Assembly: GCA_047967505.1 (NCBI GenBank)
Contig: CM106538.1
Strand: one strand, 5' to 3'
DNA from: Dipteris shenzhenensis
Lineage: Eukaryota
Length of the DNA: 64,000 bases
Under the pieces are notes generated by a model. That model made no database searches, was not told the DNA's origin, and saw only the letters and a program-made list of their open reading frames with translations. Below, piece by piece: positions 13,401-27,269 of this stretch. Both the position numbers and the translations under genes were made by a program. Each line of letters begins with the position of its first letter. Within the stretch, counting starts at the first letter, position 1.

Positions 13401-14040
13401 CTCTCGTAATGACCGCTTTAGCCTTCTCATCTGGAATCATCTTTGGCTTGGACTCTTTCTTCTGATCAGAAGCCTGGCCGTCTTTCTTTTGGTACTTGTT
13501 GTCCTTCTTCTAATCCTTACCCACTATGTTGGTTGACTACTGCAAGTCTTTGGAATTCTGCTTGGGCTTTCCCCCGTTCAGCATCATTTCTTGATTATGG
13601 GCGAGAGTCAAATTCATAATCGAGCGGGTCAAAGTTTCGAACGAGGAAACAAATGTTAGTATCCAATCCCTTAATGAATTGCTTTATCTTATTGCTTTCA
13701 AACATGCCCAACTGCTGCGCCAATGTGATTAACTTGTCACTGTAAGACAACACAAGCAACCCATTCATCCTCTTGGTTAAGCATATACTGCAACGAGAAA
13801 ACAGGCTTTGAGATCGATAACAAACATTACCCAAACGAAATTCGTCTTAAAAGTGATTGGATCAGTATGCTTAATAGACCAATGTTGCCACCATGTAACC
13901 AACTGTTCCCTAGCATGTACGTCAATGTCACTTAATATTTTTGGGGGAAAGTGCATTTTGCACTTCAGCGTGTAATTGCGAACTTGATTTTGGGAGACTT
14001 GCAGCTCATTGGTCGACCTGCAGCTACATGCACGTAAGGT
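10434..14040 (-). pseudogene. Decayed gypsy gag-PR-RT-RH-integrase, same family as 9025-10437, opposite orientation
   Basis: Minus strand: QFIKGLD (gag), a CCHC knuckle near 13310-13355, LFDMGS (protease), FSKIDLKSGYHQ and FLDD (RT), TNASNVAIG...YDRELL (RNase H), FHPQSNGET (integrase). Confidence 0.9.
11290..11665. repeat. Internal tandem duplication (about 175-200 bp) in the RNase H region
   Basis: cactccattgtaaact...gaagccacttaagggcttggtgat...ggcttccaatgtttcaatgcatgaatgacactaagtag occurs twice; SVIHALKHWKPLLYG appears twice in ORF 11334-11804. Confidence 0.9.
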
Positions 14041-14592
14041 AAGCACCCTACCTACACTCTAGCCTACGCAATCTACTATGCACACACCTACAAGCAACAT
14101 ACGGGCACCTATGCTTTAGCCTACACAGACGTAGATTTACGTGCAGGCCTACGCCTAACTAACGATTGCCTAAACCTATGAAACTAACTACGCTATATAA
14201 TGCCTACGCCTAACTAACGCACAGCCTAGGCTAAGCTAACGCACTGCACTGCGCACAGCGCTAACTAATGCTACCTAACTATCGCAGGCTGACAATTGAC
14301 TAACGACACCTAACTAGGTACTAACGTAGCAAGCAACCTAACTATCGATGCATGCATTCTAACACTGTCAATTACAGACAGACCTAAGGCTTCAGCAATG
14401 GACCTATGAGGCACTACTTCAAGTTATGGCGTTTTCTGCATTGCTTCTCATTTTAGGAATCTACAGGCTGCCTTGAGCACTACATTGTAATTTCTCAAAT
14501 TCCCATTGATATTGAAGACTGGTCACTAAGTAATTTCACTTTGTTTGCTTTAACAGTGAGAGCAGCACACTTGAAACTACAGCTTCAACTTC

Positions 14593-15130
14593 ATGGCTAG
14601 TCAACGCCTAATGCCCACTCACCTTGGTGGAAAGAAATGGATATAGAAAATCCAAGGGAGCAGCTTGCAAGAGGTTCACACAAATGGAAATGCCGCTATT
14701 GTGGCTAGACAAAGACTAGCAAGCAGTTCGATGAGAGTGAAAGCTCACTTGTTGGGAGTTCAAAACAAAGGCATTAGTATCAATCTTGCAATGCCAAAAA
14801 CTGTTCTTTTGCATTTGAAGTCATTGGCAAATGTGCCTTCTTCATGTGGTAACCATGGTGACCAAGCAATGGGTCATGGATTTGCACAAGCTGTTGGAAG
14901 TGTAGTGTCTACGAGTATTCCAATTTCTGCTATGCCTTCTATATCTACCAGCCTTGGAAAGGGCAAGAGACAAGCTTCCTTAGCTGCCACATGGCACCTT
15001 GATAGGAAGACGGAGGTAGACGATGCAATGGGACATTTATAGTAGCGACATTGACTTGAATCAAGCCCATGATTCTTGTTTTATCAATATGGTGAGGGCT
15101 ATTGCAGCTTTTGGTCCCTCTTACACGCCA
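14593..15130 (+). pseudogene. hAT transposase 5' fragment (BED zinc finger and start of DUF659-type region)
   Basis: SPWWKEMD...HKWKCRYCG*, then after a frameshift RVKAHLLGVQNKGISI, later MVRAIAAFGPSYTP. Confidence 0.75.
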
Positions 15131-16328
15131 GTTGGCAAGCTATCATCTATAATCTATTATCAATGATCATTCATAAATCATGGTTCAAACTTCATCTACC
15201 ATCAGGATTTTGTTTATGTCCTGAGTCTTGATTTTGTTTTTGTCTTGTTTTGAGTCTCGAATTCTAAGTTTAAGCTTCCTAAGGTACATAGAATAGTGTG
15301 TTGTTTATGGGCATGGTGACACAGTCAGCCACTCAGGGTCGCACCTACTCAAGCAGCGGACATCATCTTGGGAGCACGATGGTGGCACCAGTTTAAAGTC
15401 CGACCAGATTATCAGCACCAAGGCTTGGATATCAAAATCCCAAGCCATGGGTCCAAGTTCATCTATTGGAGTAAGGGTGTTCCACCTCGACTTTTGATAT
15501 CAGTCATTCAAGGGGTTTGAGACCGGCACCTTCAAGACACAATCGTACAGCAGGATGCAATAATAGAGCAGGCAACAGGGGTACAGCAAGACCAAGATAC
15601 CTCTCTCAAACCCGGTCTTCTTCCGTCCCTATCACCTATATGCATCGAGAGAGCATCATATACCTAGATGAATCCAGAAACATTCCCAAACTCATCCTCT
15701 AAAAACACAACATAGTGCAGTTTCAATCTCACAAGAGTCACTCATAAGATTGAAAACCATAAACTCCATCACGCATAGCAGGGACTAGCTGCTATGACAT
15801 CCCCACTGACGTCATCAGCGCCCAACAATGGGTGTAGACCATAGTATAAAAGTATGATCTCACACATACAAATCCACACATCCGCACATACTTGAGCATC
15901 CATTTATACAAAGTCTTCGTACTGAGTTTCTGTCGGCACTCCAAAGGTGAAGGGCAAACTCAGCCATGACAAAGGCTAGCACTAAAGGAGAAGGCTAATC
16001 AAAAAGTAGTCCAAATCTCTTCATTCAAGCTACAACTGCTTGTAAAGTCTAAACGATTTCATTTTAGTCTCTCCCAAACGAGCATCTAAATCTAAATCGA
16101 GAGAGCATCATCCTAGGGCATCAACCCACAGCACATATCCTTACCAGAAGTTAGCACCAGATCCAGGCATTCAATACATGCAAATTCATGAGTTTAGCAA
16201 CCATTTCCAGATTCATGAACCAGGCATTTGGATCAGGATTTATCATCCACGTATGCCACAGACAACCACCTCCGTCAACACAATGGGAAGCCCCTTTCAT
16301 ACCCTAGTTTGAGTTTCAGAGAAGGGGA

Positions 16329-17086
16329 TGTCACGGGCATCCACAAGCCCGTGGCCATGGTAGCTAGTGCCAACACAGGCACGGGCATCCACAAGCCCGT
16401 GGCCATGGTAGCTAGTGCCAACACAGGCAACCAGGCCAATGGCCACGCAGGCATCCGTACAGTCGTGCAAGCAGCCCTGCACAATCAGCAATCAGCACAC
16501 AATCAACGCCACATTATCGCAGGTCAAAAAACACATGGTTAACATGTTGGTCAAAAGTCAATGCGTTGACTTTTTGACATCATTGGCTTTTTTGATCAAC
16601 CTGGTCAACGGTCAGCGTTCACCAAGTCGGCCAGGCTGACCTGATAGCTTTAAAAGGGCAGCCTTTGGCCCTCATTCTTGATCCACTCCTCAGGTCTTCA
16701 AGCCTTCAAAGCAGCAAAGTCAGGCCTCCCTGCAGCAGACCAACAGGGTAGCCTTAGCCTCTTCAGAGATCTAGTGAGGATTCACCTCCTCTAGGTAGTA
16801 TAGTCTTCCAGTTTTGCAGTGAGGATTTTCGCCCCTTCATACAGTTGTATTCAGCCCTTTGGGCATTCATTATTCTATTGTATCTATTTCCTCTTCGGAG
16901 GCCCACTACATCCTCTCCCTCTGAGTCTCTCACTCACACCCACAGCATCACTTTGTGTATTGAATGCATCATCTTGCAGCTGCAATTAGTATTGAGCAGG
17001 AGAGAGAGTGAGGATAGTCTATCTCCCGCTATACACATGGCAACCCATGTGCTGCCCATGTGTCAGCCCCATGTCCCATCCTATCA
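16329..17086 (+). mobile_element. Gypsy LTR with upstream PPT and downstream degenerate PBS-like motif
   Basis: PPT agagaagggga (16318-16328) is followed by TGTCAC...CTATCA, then tggtccatccagtcga at 17092. Confidence 0.6.
16332..16430. repeat. 48-bp perfect tandem duplication
   Basis: cacgggcatccacaagcccgtggccatggtagctagtgccaacacagg occurs twice. Confidence 0.95.
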
Positions 17087-18149
17087 TTCTATGGTCCATC
17101 CAGTCGATGCACTCCTCGGTCGATGACCAAACCTATTCCAACACCTCCTCTCACCGACCCACATTGACTTGATCCAAATTCGTCAATGACAATGTTCCAA
17201 TAGCTCCTGTGTCGTAGCACCCTGGAACACTTTGGGGTCGTCATAGTCTTTTCTTGCTTTTCAACCAATGGCTCATGCTCCAACAGGTCCAGTTCCGCTT
17301 TTGCACACCAGTCTAGTACACAAGTCCATCTTTGGTAGCACCTAATGGCACCACCACCTTCAGTCATGAACTTGCCTTTGAACTCGAGCACTCCAGGTAC
17401 AAGCATCCTCCAATTGTCCCCCTCATGATGGGTAAACAGCGTAAAGTCCTCTAGGCACCAAGCTCTTAGGGTCTGTTTCAAACCGTCCTCTATCGAGACA
17501 TCATATCCCAAGCATAAATCAGACCGTGAAGCTCCATCTGTGGGTTTGTGTTGTCCCCCTCTAAGTCACAGCCTCCGCTTGACCCTGATTCCTCGGGTCC
17601 TATCAAAGAATCCTCCTCCATGTCAACAACATCAGCCAACCACCCAGATGACTCCAAGCACTCATCACTCTACATCACCTTCACAAAGTTCTCTTGATCA
17701 ATCCTCAATGTCGGACATCCTGACAATAACACCGGAGTCCATATACCCAATCTCAGCAGCACTAGGAGATACCACCAAGAAAAGTTCCTCTATGACCACC
17801 AGTGGAGCTGACGACTCTAACCCTGAGCCAGCACCCTCCTTCTGATCAACCTTCTTCTTTTTGCAATCTTTCACAAAATGTTCCGGCTCATCACAATAGA
17901 AGCATTTCTTTTCCTTCTCTCTCTTCTGATTGTTGTCATCATCTAAAGAGTCCGCTCCTTCATCAGATTTGGACCTACCTTTGCCAAGCTTACCCTTGCC
18001 CTTGTGCTCCTATCCCAAGCTACTAGGGCCTTGTCCTCCGTATCCGTACTTTCCCAAGCTTCTTGTTGTAGCAACTCCTTGAAAGTCACCGACACCACAC
18101 TCTGCCTTGCAATCATCGTAGTCACAAAACTACTGTAGCTCAAGGGGAG

Positions 18150-18478
18150 CATTTCTAGAGGAGTTCCCCTCGAGTTGTGTCAACGTAGAATTACTCTGAT
18201 ACTAGATGCTAAACCAATTTGGCAACAAAGGTACAGGATAAATTCAAACTATGCTAAACAGGTAAAAGCTAAGTTAGATCAACTTCTTCGTGTTGGATTC
18301 AATTACGCTATTGCTCATAGTGATTGGTTATTTCCCATTGTGGTGGTGCTAAGGAAGAATGGTAAACTCCGAGCATGTGGGGATTACCAGAAGCTGAATG
18401 CACAAACTGTTCTTGACCCATTTCCAATTCCTTTCACAAATGAAATCTTGGATCAAGTTGCAGGACATGAGATGTATC
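18150..18478 (+). pseudogene. Gypsy (non-chromovirus type) RT N-terminal fragment
   Basis: KPIWQQRYRIN...PIVVVLRKNGKLRACGDYQKLNAQTVLDPFPIPF..EILDQVAGHEMY, cut off just before a (GT)n(GA)n microsatellite. Confidence 0.85.
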
Positions 18479-18504
18479 CTCGCATGCATGTGTGCATGCA
18501 TGCA

Positions 18505-18546
<42 letters not shown>

Positions 18547-20006
18547 TTCAATAACATTTGCGAGGACAATATTGGTCTATGACACACAATAAAGAAAGTG
18601 TAGGTGCTTCTCTAAAGTACCTTAAGAGAATACCCTTAAGGAGAATCCACATCAAGCTGATGAACAAGGGGGTGAAGGAAATCAGTAACCACAAGAGTAA
18701 TAATCTACCACCTAAGACTCTCAAAAAACGATCCGAGTCTCTAAGTCATGTACAAGCTCATCTTGTAGGGGTGGGGCGAGTCTAATGAAAGACATAATCT
18801 ACTCTCTATCTATGGGCATCCGATGAAAGATTGGGTAAGAACTCCATGTTGTGCAAATATCCCCTTATCTAGCATCTGCATCCCTGGCTGCTTGGCCAGC
18901 ATCTGCATCCCTAGCTGCTTGTCAAGTGCTAGAGCAAAGATTGGCAATGATACATGTTACCTGTGAATCTATGATGTCTTATTAGTGGGTCTGTAGCTCA
19001 TCGATCGCCTCTTATCCTGCTTTCCTAAGTGACACGGATTTGAGACGATGCTGCATGCACTTCCTCGTCTGGTAGATCAACATAATCAGCCCCCTTTGAT
19101 CAGGGTGTCTCACAACCATTGTTGTACTTCAAGTCCTTGAGACAATAGCATCATCTCTTTTTGTGAAAATCTACTGATGCTACCCAGAAGTTCCCCACAG
19201 CCATAAAAATGGAGGAGGATTGGTCTTCTGCACATTGTGTTAACAAATAGTAACCACCATAAACATCATGGAATAAAAGCATGTTTGGGGGGGGAGAACA
19301 AAAATAGCTCTATCTACTGCTTCAAAAGCTCTTAGTCTAGAAGTTGAGACAGTTCTGACAAGCCTATTCCATGACAAAGTCAAGCTTCAACTAGTACTTC
19401 ATTGCTCTCAACTTCACTAAAAGCTACAACTCTTACCTTCTTATGACTTTATTTTGGGAATTATTATCTAAATGCTTCACAATTGAAGCTTGATCTAGTT
19501 CTTTTGTAGCCTGTGTGTGCACATGCAAATATATAATGTTTGTGCATGATGAGCATCTCCTAACTGGGGGGTGGGGGAAATAAATTTCTATGCAAGCAAG
19601 TTATCCTTGCGATCGTCAACTACACAATGCAAAACTATCTACATAGCAGGGATTGGCAACTCTACCAACTTTATATATGCCTCTGTGCAGATAATGATAT
19701 CGATTCTTAATAATGACCACTGGCTGTCAACAGATTAGCAGCATCACTGGTACGATACCACTTAAGACTAATCAACTTTCAAGGCTCGTATCGAAGTCAA
19801 ACAGCAAAATATCCGATAGAATTGCAGTTCAATAGATCAAAATTGAAGGCTGCAGTGCAAGAGTTTAAAGCCTGAGAATTAAAATTGGAAATCAAAATAC
19901 CCCATAGGCCATTGAAAGCCCCCATTGTAGCAGCTCAACGACATTTCATCAAGCTAATGAAAAATTGCACAAACCTTCTGCAGAGCTTTCTGAATAATAA
20001 GAATAC

Positions 20007-21133
20007 CTTCTCCTTCTTTATGAGCTTGCAGCCTTCGAGTGGGCCCAAAGTTGCAAAAACTTCTGCCAGCAATGCGTCTGTCACTTTGGGATGAACATTT
20101 CCCACATATCTGCAACATTGGCAGTCTTTTAGTACACGATCCATGACACTAGTTGCAAATTGAACATTGCCAGAAAAATGATATATAACGAAGGACTGGT
20201 AGACTCCTTTGTGCAGTCCGTGGAATGTAATCATTAAGATTTGCAATGTTTATTCTACATTAGTTATTTACGCTACAACTGCAATGTTTATTCGTACATT
20301 AGTTATCTGCGCAACTGCAATGTTTATTCGTACATTAGATATCTACGCTACAACTGCAATGTTTATTCGTACATTAGTTATCTACGCTACAGCTGGATAC
20401 AACTGGACTGTGAGGAACAGGAGCAATGGAAACCAAAATCATTGAAGTAAGTGACAAACCTGTCATAAAGCCTGAAAAAATGAGAGAAAATTCTAAAAGA
20501 AAATAGAAGCCCAAAGACTTAAAGCGGCAGATGTCGAACTCACACACTGCGGCATGAAGTTGCATCAAATCCTGGTGGCAGATTTCCACTTGGGATAGGC
20601 TCAATCTGCAAAAATAAATTGAAAATGGGGGGCAAAAAATAAACAAAGCAGAAAAAAACTTCCCGACGACACTCAATGGAACGTTCGAGACCCAAAAGAA
20701 GTCCACGGCTGCTGCTTTTACGCGTGCCAGGAGACGCAAAAGAATACCTAGGACCTCATGTTAAGCTAGGAGTGGAAACTTAGACAGGGCTATGCTCACG
20801 TCATCCAGAGAGAGACGACTACCGCTGAAGTACGCGACAGAAATACGAGCTTCAATCAGTGGGAATCCGAGCAAGGCAAGGGCCCTCGCATGGAGGGCTG
20901 TAGAGAAATACTGAACCTACCTGAGACATGGCAGCGAGGAGGGCGGGGTTGTACAAAGCGGCCTGCTGCTGGAGCATAGCCTGTTGGATGAGGGCCTGCT
21001 GTTGTTTAAGGAGCTGTTGTTGTTGCTGGAGCTGCTGCTGTTGTTGCTGGAGCTGCTGCTGCTGCTGCTGTTGTTGTTGTTGCTGCTGCTGTTGCTGAGA
21101 AGACTGGGGCTGGGAAGGGCTAATGGTAAACAT
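20007..21133 (-). CDS. UBP1: Oligouridylate-binding protein 1 (UBP1/TIA-1 family RRM protein), coding exons 1-3: 21133-20921, 20605-20544, 20109-20007; remainder outside window
   Basis: Spliced peptide M...polyQ...[85 protein letters not shown] matches the plant UBP1 N-terminus and RRM1. All introns are GT-AG with consistent phases (0, 2, 0). Confidence 0.95.
20243..20393. repeat. Minisatellite, 4 copies of 36-39 bp, in UBP1 intron 2
   Basis: Unit gcaatgtttattcgtacattagttatctacgctacaact. Confidence 0.95.
20990..21097 (-). repeat. CAG/CAA polyglutamine tract of UBP1 exon 1
   Basis: (ctg/ttg)n on the plus strand, in frame within exon 1. Confidence 0.95.
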
Positions 21134-24100
21134 GGTGGGAGGATGGGGGCGAGAAGAGAGAAACGAGCAGCCAAGAAAGAAAGAAAGAAATAGAGCGACA
21201 GAAAGCTTTCGTTCAAGAACACTTCCTCATAATACTTAACCTCACCTACCCCCCCTCACCCTGGTTCCCCCCCTCCTTCCTTACCTCTCCATCCAAGCTC
21301 ATCATCCGTTGCGTCCTTTTACCCTAACCTTCACCCGCAGCCTCTCGAATCACAATGCAATTCCTAGCACCGTCTTAACCAACCTTTGCCTTAACCTCTA
21401 CCCACCCCCTGCATTGCCCGCCGCCGCGGTGTAGAATGGCAAGGGGTGATGGGAAGCTATCGGTGGCCTTCTAGTTGCATGCTTACAATTCCAATCGGAC
21501 CCACCAGCTTGCATTGTCCACAAGACTCACACAGATATGGTGTAGAATGGCAAGCGGTGTTGGCAAGCTCTGGGTGGCTTTCTTCAAACCCATCTCGCAT
21601 AAGGACACTAAGCCATCCCCCGATCCAACGCACACTCATTTCCTCCAAACATGTTTTATGAAGTGTTTAACACATTACAAGTGTTAAATCTCAAAATAGA
21701 AATTATTTGCCAACACCAATAACCATTTGTTATCGATATCTTAACATGAATGCTTCCTGAAAATGAGTTGTAGCTTCCATCTACTCTGATTTACTCTCTT
21801 ACCATTTCCACTAGGTGTTAGTTTAGCGTGTGCAAATGTCTTTGAAACTAAGGTGTAGCTTGCATTTAATATGGTTTGCCTTATATCCCTCCTTGCCTTT
21901 ATCTTCTATTTGCTCGCCTTTATCTCTATCTTCTTTCCTTGAGCTTGCAAGCAATGGTCACATATAAATTCCTTATGTCAAGTTGAATAATGAATGTTGA
22001 AAGGTGATGCATAATCTCAAAGCTATTGAAAGTGAATAAATATGCTCAAGGACTAAGTGGAGTCTTCATCATTTCAACAACAAATAATGCAAAAAGGTAA
22101 CGCATAGTTTCAAACCTATTGAAAGCAAACAAGCAAGTCTATTATTTAGATAACAATTACTTGACAAAGGCATCATATTTGGCATCCAACCTTGAAGTTG
22201 CATTGTAGACATGGCATATTGAACACCAAACAAAGGCATTAATTATTACTAATATGCGCACGATTCAACATGGCATAGTCCGAAGAGGATCTAGTCATGA
22301 ACACAAGTGCTCCCCAAAGATCACAATTATTGCACCATGAGTATCTCAAATTGCTACATTATAGCACAAGTAATGTATAATATATATCTTTACAATTGTG
22401 ACTTAAATATTTGCATCTAAGAGTGTCATGCAATGCTTCTTTTTTTGCTATGCCCCTTCAATCTTAGAAAGGAGAAAAACAAGGGCCAAATGAAACACAC
22501 AGTACATTTTGAAAGGGAACACTTTCAATATTACACGTTAGACAAATTTCCTAAAAATGGCCTTGACTTTTTTATGATTCGAAGCATCTTCATGGGCTCT
22601 CTAAGCTTCTGATATTATCACTATAATTTTGATCGTGTGATATGTGATAAATGGAAAATTACACTCGGAAGCTATCATCTCGTTGAGGAGAGATTTCTAA
22701 AAGCTGCATAATGTGGATAGTTTCAAGTACCTTTACTTTTTTTAAAACAAGCAAAGGGCGGAGTGAAAGCTTCTTAGATAGGGTGATCTAAAAACTTACA
22801 CTAGTGCAAGGTAGGTATCCACACACCCCCTTCCCCCCCCCCCAAAACACCTTTTCTTCCTCCCCTCTTTTGAACCCTTTCAAACAAAGAAAGGAGAAAA
22901 CAACACATACGTGGGTGTTAAGGGTACTCATTAGCGATTATATAGTTCTACATACTTTAAGGGTGCCCCAAAAAAGTAAACTCAAATCGTTCTCTTTGGT
23001 ATATTGATGTGTGGATGACCTATTGTAAATCAAACTAGGTTAAAGGAGGAAGAATGGCCCTACCTATTAATAATAAAGAAAGATAATGCGATGGCACATT
23101 TCAACAAAATGAGTAACAAGATGCATAGCTTAGGTTACAAATTAGATTAGAAAATCCTAGATGCCTTGTATGGATTGGCAAGTCCATGCTCTGGAGCCTA
23201 AGGACCTTTTCTTTAGTTTAAGGGATGTTTCAAATCTAATCCAAACGATTGGGAATACATTAAAACAATTAATCAATGTGTCAACAAGTTGGAGAACTCA
23301 AAGTAACAACAAACCATAGGCAACTTCAAATTTTCACATAGATTGTGGACAAAAGGTAAGCTCCATATAGCAAGATTTGGGGTATTATTGCAAACTTAGT
23401 CATGTTCTGAGAGACTAGTAAACTCAAGCATGGTTAGTGTAAGAGAGCTCAAATTGCAAAAGTGTACTCTCCTTTCCTCATTTCGTTGGAAAGGGCCTTT
23501 GTCTAAACAAGAAAGCATGCAAACTACAAGCTTTGATATTAATATCTTTGTAAATTTAGCTATCCTCTAGGAAAGTCTGCATAAAGTCATGAGGGGAGGA
23601 TAATTTAAGGAAGGGGATCAAGGGTACCACCAAGTCCAGGAGCTTGGCCTACCAACAAAATAAGTGGGAGTTGAAAGCATCATCGATTGATTGGCCCATA
23701 AGGGAGTATTGTAGTGGGTTTTTAAGAGTCCCTTATTGAATCATATCATGGCCCACCTTATATCTGCATGATCTAATTTATGATATATTATGGTTTTAGC
23801 AAGTCCACTGATTCTAAATTAAAATGTCTAAAAATAGCAATAAAATAGTTCAAAACAAATAACCCATCATCATATAAATAAAAGCACTTTGTGAATAATT
23901 TGATTTCCTATTAATCATCCAATAGATACTAGTTAGATTAATCATATCCTTTGGGCTATACGAAAGATGAACTTATAAAAATAAAAGTAATTTTCAAAGG
24001 GAATTATAAAAAGAGGTAGCACGATGGCAGTATTAATGTCATAACTTGCGTGCGTGCGTGTGTGCATGAGAGAGAGAGAGAGTTGACACTTAACTAATGT

Positions 24101-24199
24101 TTGTGTCTGCATGTGGATAGCATATATGTTCATTATGTAGCACAGGGCCTCACCTTGGATGGGAAAGTAAGGAAGATTATACATTAGGGTTAAGGAAGA

Positions 24200-27130
24200 G
24201 GGTGGGAAGACATAGATGAGTTAAATGGAGACCATACTTGCTCTACAAGACACATGGGAGTATGTACATGGGTCTTTAGCTAGACCATCAAGTGACCCTG
24301 CAATAGAGCTTGCCATTGCGTGAGCATAGGCAGAATGGGATAAGAAGGACAAGTATGCCTATCACTTGATGAGAAAAAAATCAAAGATGTTGTGCTTGGA
24401 CAATTAAGCATGGTTAAGACATCAAAAGACAACATGGGATATGTAACTCTTTACAAGTCCAAGAACACTTCTAAAATTCTAATACTCAAAATCTAGATCA
24501 ATCAAAGGTTTTGCATCATTAATAAATATGGTCATGCTATGTACTCAGGATCAAAGACATTAATAATCAGTTTGCAATGCAAGAGAGACTATAAAGCCCA
24601 TGGAGATGGTTCAAGTCATCCTCAATGGACAGAGTGAGGGATATGATAGACTATTGCCATTTAGAGGCAAGTTCATCACTTAAAGAGGTATAATCAATGT
24701 AACTTGGTGAGGGACTTAGGACTCAAGCCATTTAGGCAAGGAAAGGCAAATCCAATGAGCAAGCATTCACAACCCCAAACGGAGGTAGAGCATCTATAAG
24801 AAGTAGATAAAGAGGTAGAGGATCTCTAAGAAAAGAAAAGTAGCATTAATGGTGGCATTAGAATTTACATTAACAATAGCATTAGAATCAACAATAGCAT
24901 CGATAGCATCCAAGCGGAAATAGTTCCAATGGAGGGAAATTTTAAGGAAGAGGAAATGCATCCACCGATATGTCAAATATACAATGCAACGACGACTGTC
25001 ACAGGTTTGGATATAATATAAGAGATTAGTGCAAGAAGTAGTATGACCAAGGAGGTCAATCCACCAACAATAGATAAAATTTTCACAAAAGAAAGAATCA
25101 TTGTGGTGTGCATCAAAGTAGCCATCATCATGCCAATGACCCTGACATAATGTAGCTTGTGATTGAGGATACGCACAAGACTGATAGCGATTCTAAGGCA
25201 AAATGTAGTTATTATGTTGACCACGTAGATCCAAATCTATGGTACGTTGATAATGATGCATCATCTCACATGACAAGACATCGAGAAAGGTTAAAATCAA
25301 ACTATTGGAAGGATCCAATAATGTTATCTACATTGAAGATAACACAATTCAATTGAAAGATATAGTCCCTTTCAATATACTTACTAGTCCAAAAGTATCA
25401 ATGAACGATGTAATTTATGTTCCCAAACTCAGCAAGAATCTTTTATCAGATGGACAAATGGTGGAACATAATTATAGAGTTGTATTTGATGGAGATGAAT
25501 GTACAATTAGAGATAAAGCTAGAGGATATTAGCTAGTTAAAATAGCCATGAAATAAGGACACTTATTTAGAATGCTAGCTTCACTACCAGACTTGCATGC
25601 CATGCCAGTTCAATGTCAAACGATGCCACTTTTGGCAATGTGGCCCTAATGTGGCACGAGATATATGGTCATGTCAACTTCATAATTTTGATGTAATTGG
25701 GAAATTAAAATATGGCAATTGGTATTTCAAAACTTTAGTTTCTTGGAAAATGTTGCGAAGCTTGTTGCTTTTTGTAAACAATCAAGAGCCATCTTTGGAA
25801 GAAGAACCTCTTGAGAAGATACATGTAGATGTTTGGAATTATGCACAAATTCATAGTATTAATGGTTTAGTGTAACCTTCATGGATGACTATAGTATATA
25901 TTTTTGAATATATTTCCTCAATGAGAAATATAAATTGTCTCTACATTTCAAGAGTTCAAAGTCATGGTAGAGAATTAGAGAGGACGAAATATGAAAGTCC
26001 TAAGATCAAATAGAGGGGCTAAGTACATGTCTTTCATATTCATTAACTTTTGCAAAAGTAATGGCATATGAAGACCATTCACATGTGTAGATACTCCTCA
26101 ACAAAATGTAGTAGCTGAAATGAAGAAAGGATTTTAGCATACAATGATAGAGCAATGCTTAGTGAGAAGTATTAGTATTGGTAGAAGGAATCCACACTCG
26201 AAACTACTTGCTTAATTGGCTTCTGATTGAACCAATGCAAGGTATGACAACTCATGAGGCATTCATTGGATACAAGCCATGCATTTGGCATATATTTTTC
26301 ATGCATACTATATGCCCACATACATGATAATCATTGCAAAAAGTTGTTGCATCATGTAAATGCATCATGGTTGGCTATAGTGATGAGCAGATAAATTGTA
26401 TGATCCCATCAACCAAAAAGTCATAACCTCTAGAGATGTAGATTTTGATAAAGAATCAAGATGGAAGACATCAAATACATAAGAGATAGTCACATCGACT
26501 ACTCATTCACCTCCGAAGAAGGTTGATGAAGAGTAAGAAGAAGTTAAGCACTTGCCCTGAGCATTAGCAAAAGCACCATGAAAAATGTGAACATCATCAA
26601 GAACGTTATAAACTTTGAAATTTTCCATAAACGTAAGGAAGGGGATATTACACTGTACCAATTATAAGCAACACTTGAAAGCATATGATGGTGTCAACCA
26701 ATGTCCTTTAAGCAAAAAATATTGAGGGAAACACTTTAATAGAAGAGCTAGTGTACTTTGAGGATCCAATTTACAAGCCAGAATGATTATGTGACCTTCC
26801 ATCAAGACAAAAGGCCATTTCAAGGATAAGAGAATAAACTTTGCCATCTGAGGTGGCTTAAAGCGAGCTCCCAAAATTTGCTACAACATAATTGATAGGT
26901 ATTTTGTTGATATGTTGTACATAAACCTTATTGTAGATCATCTACTCTACTAGAAAGTTCAAGAAAAGACATTACCATTGCGCTTTTGTATGTAAATAAT
27001 ATGATATTAGCAAGAAGCAATGACAACTTCATCAAAATAAGTTGAAACAAGGCTTATTTGAAGAGTTCGACATGAAAGGTCTTAGACTTGTGCATTATTG
27101 CCTTGGTATTGAGTATTGGAGGGACTCATA
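24200..27130 (+). pseudogene. Heavily decayed Ty1/copia gag-pol
   Basis: WEYVHGSLARP, WYVDNDASSHMT, DVIYVPKLSKNLLS, EKIHVDVW, TPQQNVVAE, SRDVDF, and LYVNN (decayed YVDD). Confidence 0.85.
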
Positions 27131-27269
27131 TAGGTAGAAAAACAAAAGTCCTCAGATTAGATAAAGGAGATGAATATATTTTCCACATTCATGAAATTCT
27201 GCAAGTCTATCTTTGAAAAGAGAATCTTAATCTCTTTCTTTCTCTCAAAGTAGGAAATAAACGTAAGGA

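Noticed and set aside
19901-19955. Possible extra UBP1 exon or C/D snoRNA (TTGATGA...)
   Set aside because: It does not encode the expected SSYGF exon, the upstream intron would be only about 50 nt, and there is no clear D box.
20243-20393. Regularly spaced repeat that could be mistaken for a CRISPR array
   Set aside because: Units are contiguous with no unique spacers, in a eukaryotic intron with no cas genes.
20917-21222. PolyS/N and polyL ORFs
   Set aside because: These are alternative frames and the antisense of the polyQ tract.
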